Source: Dicyema japonicum
Lineage: Eukaryota > Animalia > Dicyemida
DNA length: 64,000 bases
Direction: 5' to 3'
Assembly: GCA_011109175.1 (NCBI GenBank)
Contig: RDEW01000055.1
Coordinates: 15,516 to 79,515, forward strand
The notes under the pieces were generated by a model. It was given only the letters and a program-made list of their open reading frames with translations, had not been told where the DNA came from and did not search any database. Shown here piece after piece: positions 60,250-64,000 of the stretch. The translations under genes and the position numbers were made by a program. Numbering within the stretch: the stretch's first letter is position 1; each line of letters starts with the position of its first letter.

Positions 60250-60980
60250 CCATCAATACTGAATGGAGCCTCCAAATCAAACTAATCGACACAAGCATCC
60301 GTGTTTTTTTTTGATGCGAATACAAGCGTGGCTATTTCTGATTTCCTAGTGTAATTCGTGCCCTATACGCATTGGCTGATTTAGTTAAAGTGTTGAAACG
60401 CCCTTATGAAAAATTGAAGGTATTCAGGAGTGATAATTTTTCGTTTGAAATAAATCATCGGAGGTTCTATCGGAACTTTACCAATGAGGACAAATGCATT
60501 GTTTGTGGACTCAGGAGTGAGAATATTTATCTTTTTGGGAGACGGTGTGGGAGAAGGATGAAAATCATTTAATATCATTGGACTAGAAGACTCCCAAGTG
60601 GATATATCCCCGAACTTATTAAAAATATTATCAATTATTCACCAAATTGGAAGTCCTGTGACGGTGTATATTGTTTCTTCTTTAAGAAGTCCTTTCACAA
60701 TCATCTAAGTGAAAAAATCCTAAGATCGTTAATGAAAAAAATACACCTGAGATGTGGTTCTACACGGGAGTTACTTATTTATTGCCCAAAAAGTTTGCCT
60801 GTGGATCGCCTAATGATGGTATGCCCATATTGTATAAATTGGTTACAAAATGTGTCGAGTCAAAACTTATCGATTATTTGGAAGTGTTCGACATTATTTC
60901 TGCTAATCAATTGGAGTCAAAGAGGATGTATCAAGAGGCATTAATAAACAGTCATTATGCAAGCTATTCGTTTCGTTGAT
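60250..60980 (+). mobile_element. R4-like RT N-terminal fragment
   Basis: FRSDNFSFEINHRRFYR; WFYTGVTYLLPK..LYKLVT..IISANQ. Confidence 0.65.
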
Positions 60981-61299
60981 TGATGTAAGGCGTACGACTC
61001 TGTGGACCATGACTTTCTCTGACATGTTTTGGACTGTTCTGGCCTCCCAATGTAGACTGGAAAGTTTGTGAAGAGACTGATAAATAAAGCTATTATAAAT
61101 TTCAACAGGGAAAGGATTGGGATGGTAAATTAAATTGCGGTATATTGCAAGGAGATTCGTTGTCTCCGCAGCTTTTGTGTTAGTCATGGATCCTTTATGC
61201 ATAATTCTAAATAATAAATTTCTACGGAATTCTATTACAGTATCTTATATCGATTACTTTTATTTTAATCTCTCCTCAAACTCTATAATAGATAAAAGA

Positions 61300-62560
61300 A
61301 ACCGTTTGACTTAATTCCGATACACAAACCTGGGAAAAAAGACGCTCGATTGATTATTTTACTGTTAACTATCAGGAAGACTTTATCGATCATAGTGCTT
61401 AACCGTATACGAGAGCCAGTGGAAAAATACCTTTCCCAAAATCAAAATGGATTTAGAAGTAGAAGGTCTACCTCAGATATCGTGTAGTGTCATCGATGGC
61501 ATCAAAATGTCAAAACTACAGGAAAGTCATCTACTTCCTAGGAATTAATCTAACGAAGACTTTTGACAGCATCAAGAGAGAAAAACTCACGGGTATTCTA
61601 CAGGAACTGCTTGACGAGGACTGCCTGAGACTAATAAGTCTATTACTTTCTGAAACTGATCTATCCTTGAGAATAGCAACTAAGCATTCAAAGAGTTTAA
61701 GTACCAACATGGGAACTTCACAAGGTGATTCCTTATCCCCAATTTTATTCATCATATACCTAGAAGCTGCCCTCAGGGAGGTGAGAAAGGAAATGGGGTC
61801 TAAATACAAAGATATAATTGAATTTTTGTACGTGGATGATGTAGACTTTGTGTGTACTGACCAGAAAAGCCTACTGACCAAATTTTAGTCCAAGCAGAAA
61901 CTATTTTAAATAAATGGGATCTGCGCATAAATATTACAAAAACGGACTACACACGAATCGAACTGGCCGAATAAAGAAATGACGAACTCTGGAGACATAC
62001 AAAAACTCAACTCACTACTAGGTAACGCCAGGATATTTGTCGAAGGAAAATGCTGGCTACCGTGTATACTTCAAAAAATGTAGAGGAATGTATCACTAAA
62101 ACTCGTGTCAGACGCGTTTATCAAGCAAATACTGACATACAATTCCGGAACATGGGGAACCTTAAAAAACGATATAGAGAAGGTAGATACTTTCCACAGA
62201 AGCCAACTGCGCATTCTAACTGGAATCTTCTGGCCGAGAAAAATCTCAAACGAGAAACTATATGCTTTATGTAAATCTACACCAATTAGCATGGAAGTTA
62301 TTCTATCGAGATGGCAACTATATTCTTAGACTGGAACCGACTACACCGTGTAACAGAATAATGGAAGAATATTTCAACTGCGCTGGAAGTCACGGATTTC
62401 GAGGCAGACCAAGAAATACACTTCCAGTTTGCTTAAAAGATGATAACGAAACAATCGGTCGTAAATTGGTGACAAGAGACAACCTGGATGATATTCGAAT
62501 GAAGGCCAGAAACAAGTTGGAGAGGATGGCGAGGAGGATAGTTGTAAAGTATGGCTCAAG
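61300..62560 (+). mobile_element. RTE LINE RT and 3' region, degraded
   Basis: QNGFRSRRSTSD, GINLTKTFD, GTSQGDSLSP, YVDDVDF, FRGRPRNTLP. Confidence 0.85.
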
Positions 62561-62569
62561 CGAAACCTT

Positions 62570-63800
62570 TTTAGGGCTATGTAAAGGAGTTTTAACTGAC
62601 TTGACTCCATCATCAATGATTCATACTGTTGTCTCAATATCTCACAAGCTAGCAAAAAGCTAAGAACACCTTTTATGTCATTGATTAATTAGGATAACTT
62701 ACTTCTTAAAGTGTGAGTTCTGCCTAATCGGAAAATAAAGTAATGAAAACACTGCTTCTCCCCGCGGAAGAGATGATAATATCATACTTTCGGCTGGAGA
62801 TAAAAACATTATCTCAGTCTCATCTCAAACACATTTGTATTCTCTAGTGTCTTGGTCATTAATAAACCACCTCTCCCACTCCCTTTCCAAGTTAGACGTC
62901 ATGGAATTCATTTCTGACCGACGTCAGCTAAACATAAAACCGGAACTGAAAATCTAATGGCAAGTCCTCCCTGTATCACAACATCGAAAATCCTGGAGAA
63001 ATTTACGACCAATGGCTTTTCCCTACCACGTGGAATTGGTAGTTACAAATGCAAACAAGAAACGCCCTTCACTGGATGGCTGGATTTATATTAGATCAAG
63101 GAAACCCTTTAGAATAATCTACAAAATATAAGGACAACATTCAATCACGATAGCCCCTCCTGGGCATTATCCCCCTGCAACGTCCAAAAACTTCAGAGTC
63201 CAAAATAGAGCTATTCGAACAGTTAATTGATGTAACACATTCACACTGTTAGAGCACCTTCCCTGGAATCAACCATTCTCCCAGTGAAGAATCACCTTTG
63301 CATGAAAACTTCCTATTCTTATACGAAATTGCGAACCAGACAACCATTGCCACTTCCTGGTCACACGAATAACAACAAAAAGATAATTCTGACCATAACG
63401 AACCTGTTCGTGAATTGGCTAAAATCCCTAAGCATCTAGCGTTAAATCCAAGTTAGAGACAAAAAATGACCAAGATCATCCGAAGAATGGTCTCGAACGA
63501 TTTATTGGAGGATTACTCTGAGTCTACCCTCGACAGAGAAACAAGGAGGGCCCTAGGGGTACTTTCTTTTTAGAGACGAGTCAGGCTCTTAGCTTCCATC
63601 ACCAGACCAACTACCAATGATACTATGATAAGCTTTCTGCTTTCCGGAATTCCGGTGAATATCAAAAACTTGTGGAAGATACTATGATAAGCTTTCTGCT
63701 TTCCGGAATTCCGATGAATATCGTCCAACAATAGTTGAAGAGGGCCGGCCTTCTACAAGGTATCGAGGACAGGGCTACTAACTATCTAACTTTAATCATC
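62570..63800 (+). mobile_element. L1/Tx1-like LINE fragment, degraded, with a ~44-bp direct duplication near 63620/63679
   Basis: QGDLTPSS-like and YLGV-like remnants; homologous to 52550-53400. Confidence 0.45.
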
Positions 63801-64000
63801 GATCACCGTATGAACGTTCTTTAGTTAGTTTTGTGTGTTTATACTGCTTTCTTATAAAGTTAATTTGGTTGTAGTTTTTGATAACTAAACCATCAGAACT
63901 TGTCATGTGACTCCCACTTTGGCATTCAGATCCCCAGCAATAAATATCAATGAAGAATGTTCATAGTACACTGCAGTGTAGAAAATATTAATTTCCTCAA

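Overview
Gapped scaffold from an AT-rich eukaryote, not a prokaryote. N gaps lie at 11154-11797, 17459-18015, 23189-23319, 27553-28073 and 39881-40560, with single-N joins elsewhere. Most of the window is transposon debris: CRE-like and R4-like restriction-endonuclease retrotransposons, RTE, Jockey/I-like and L1/Tx1-like LINEs, hAT, pogo/Tigger, and Ginger/TDD-like integrase transposons. Seven host genes that the ORF track misses or fragments were reconstructed by hand, because they are split by very small (about 18-30 nt) spliceosomal introns: SEPSECS, a nucleolin-like 2xRRM protein, VPS11, an orphan Cys-rich gene, RPS19, an LRRC63-like gene and a PDHX-like gene. Intron size plus a cilia/testis-type LRR gene suggests a reduced ciliated metazoan such as a dicyemid (inference only). 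The most notable observations are: (1) a homogenised 112-bp tandem array of tRNA-sized Pol III-like units that cannot fold as tRNA; (2) a ~320-bp fixed-end non-autonomous retroposon that shares its 3' tail with resident LINEs; (3) intron-containing TGTCAC-terminated integrase transposons with TAWTA target duplications; (4) a higher-order satellite of double-dyad ~56-bp monomers next to a Helitron-like 3' end; (5) a YAG acceptor just upstream of every inferred start codon, suggesting spliced-leader trans-splicing. All alignments are by eye or from memory; no searches were run.
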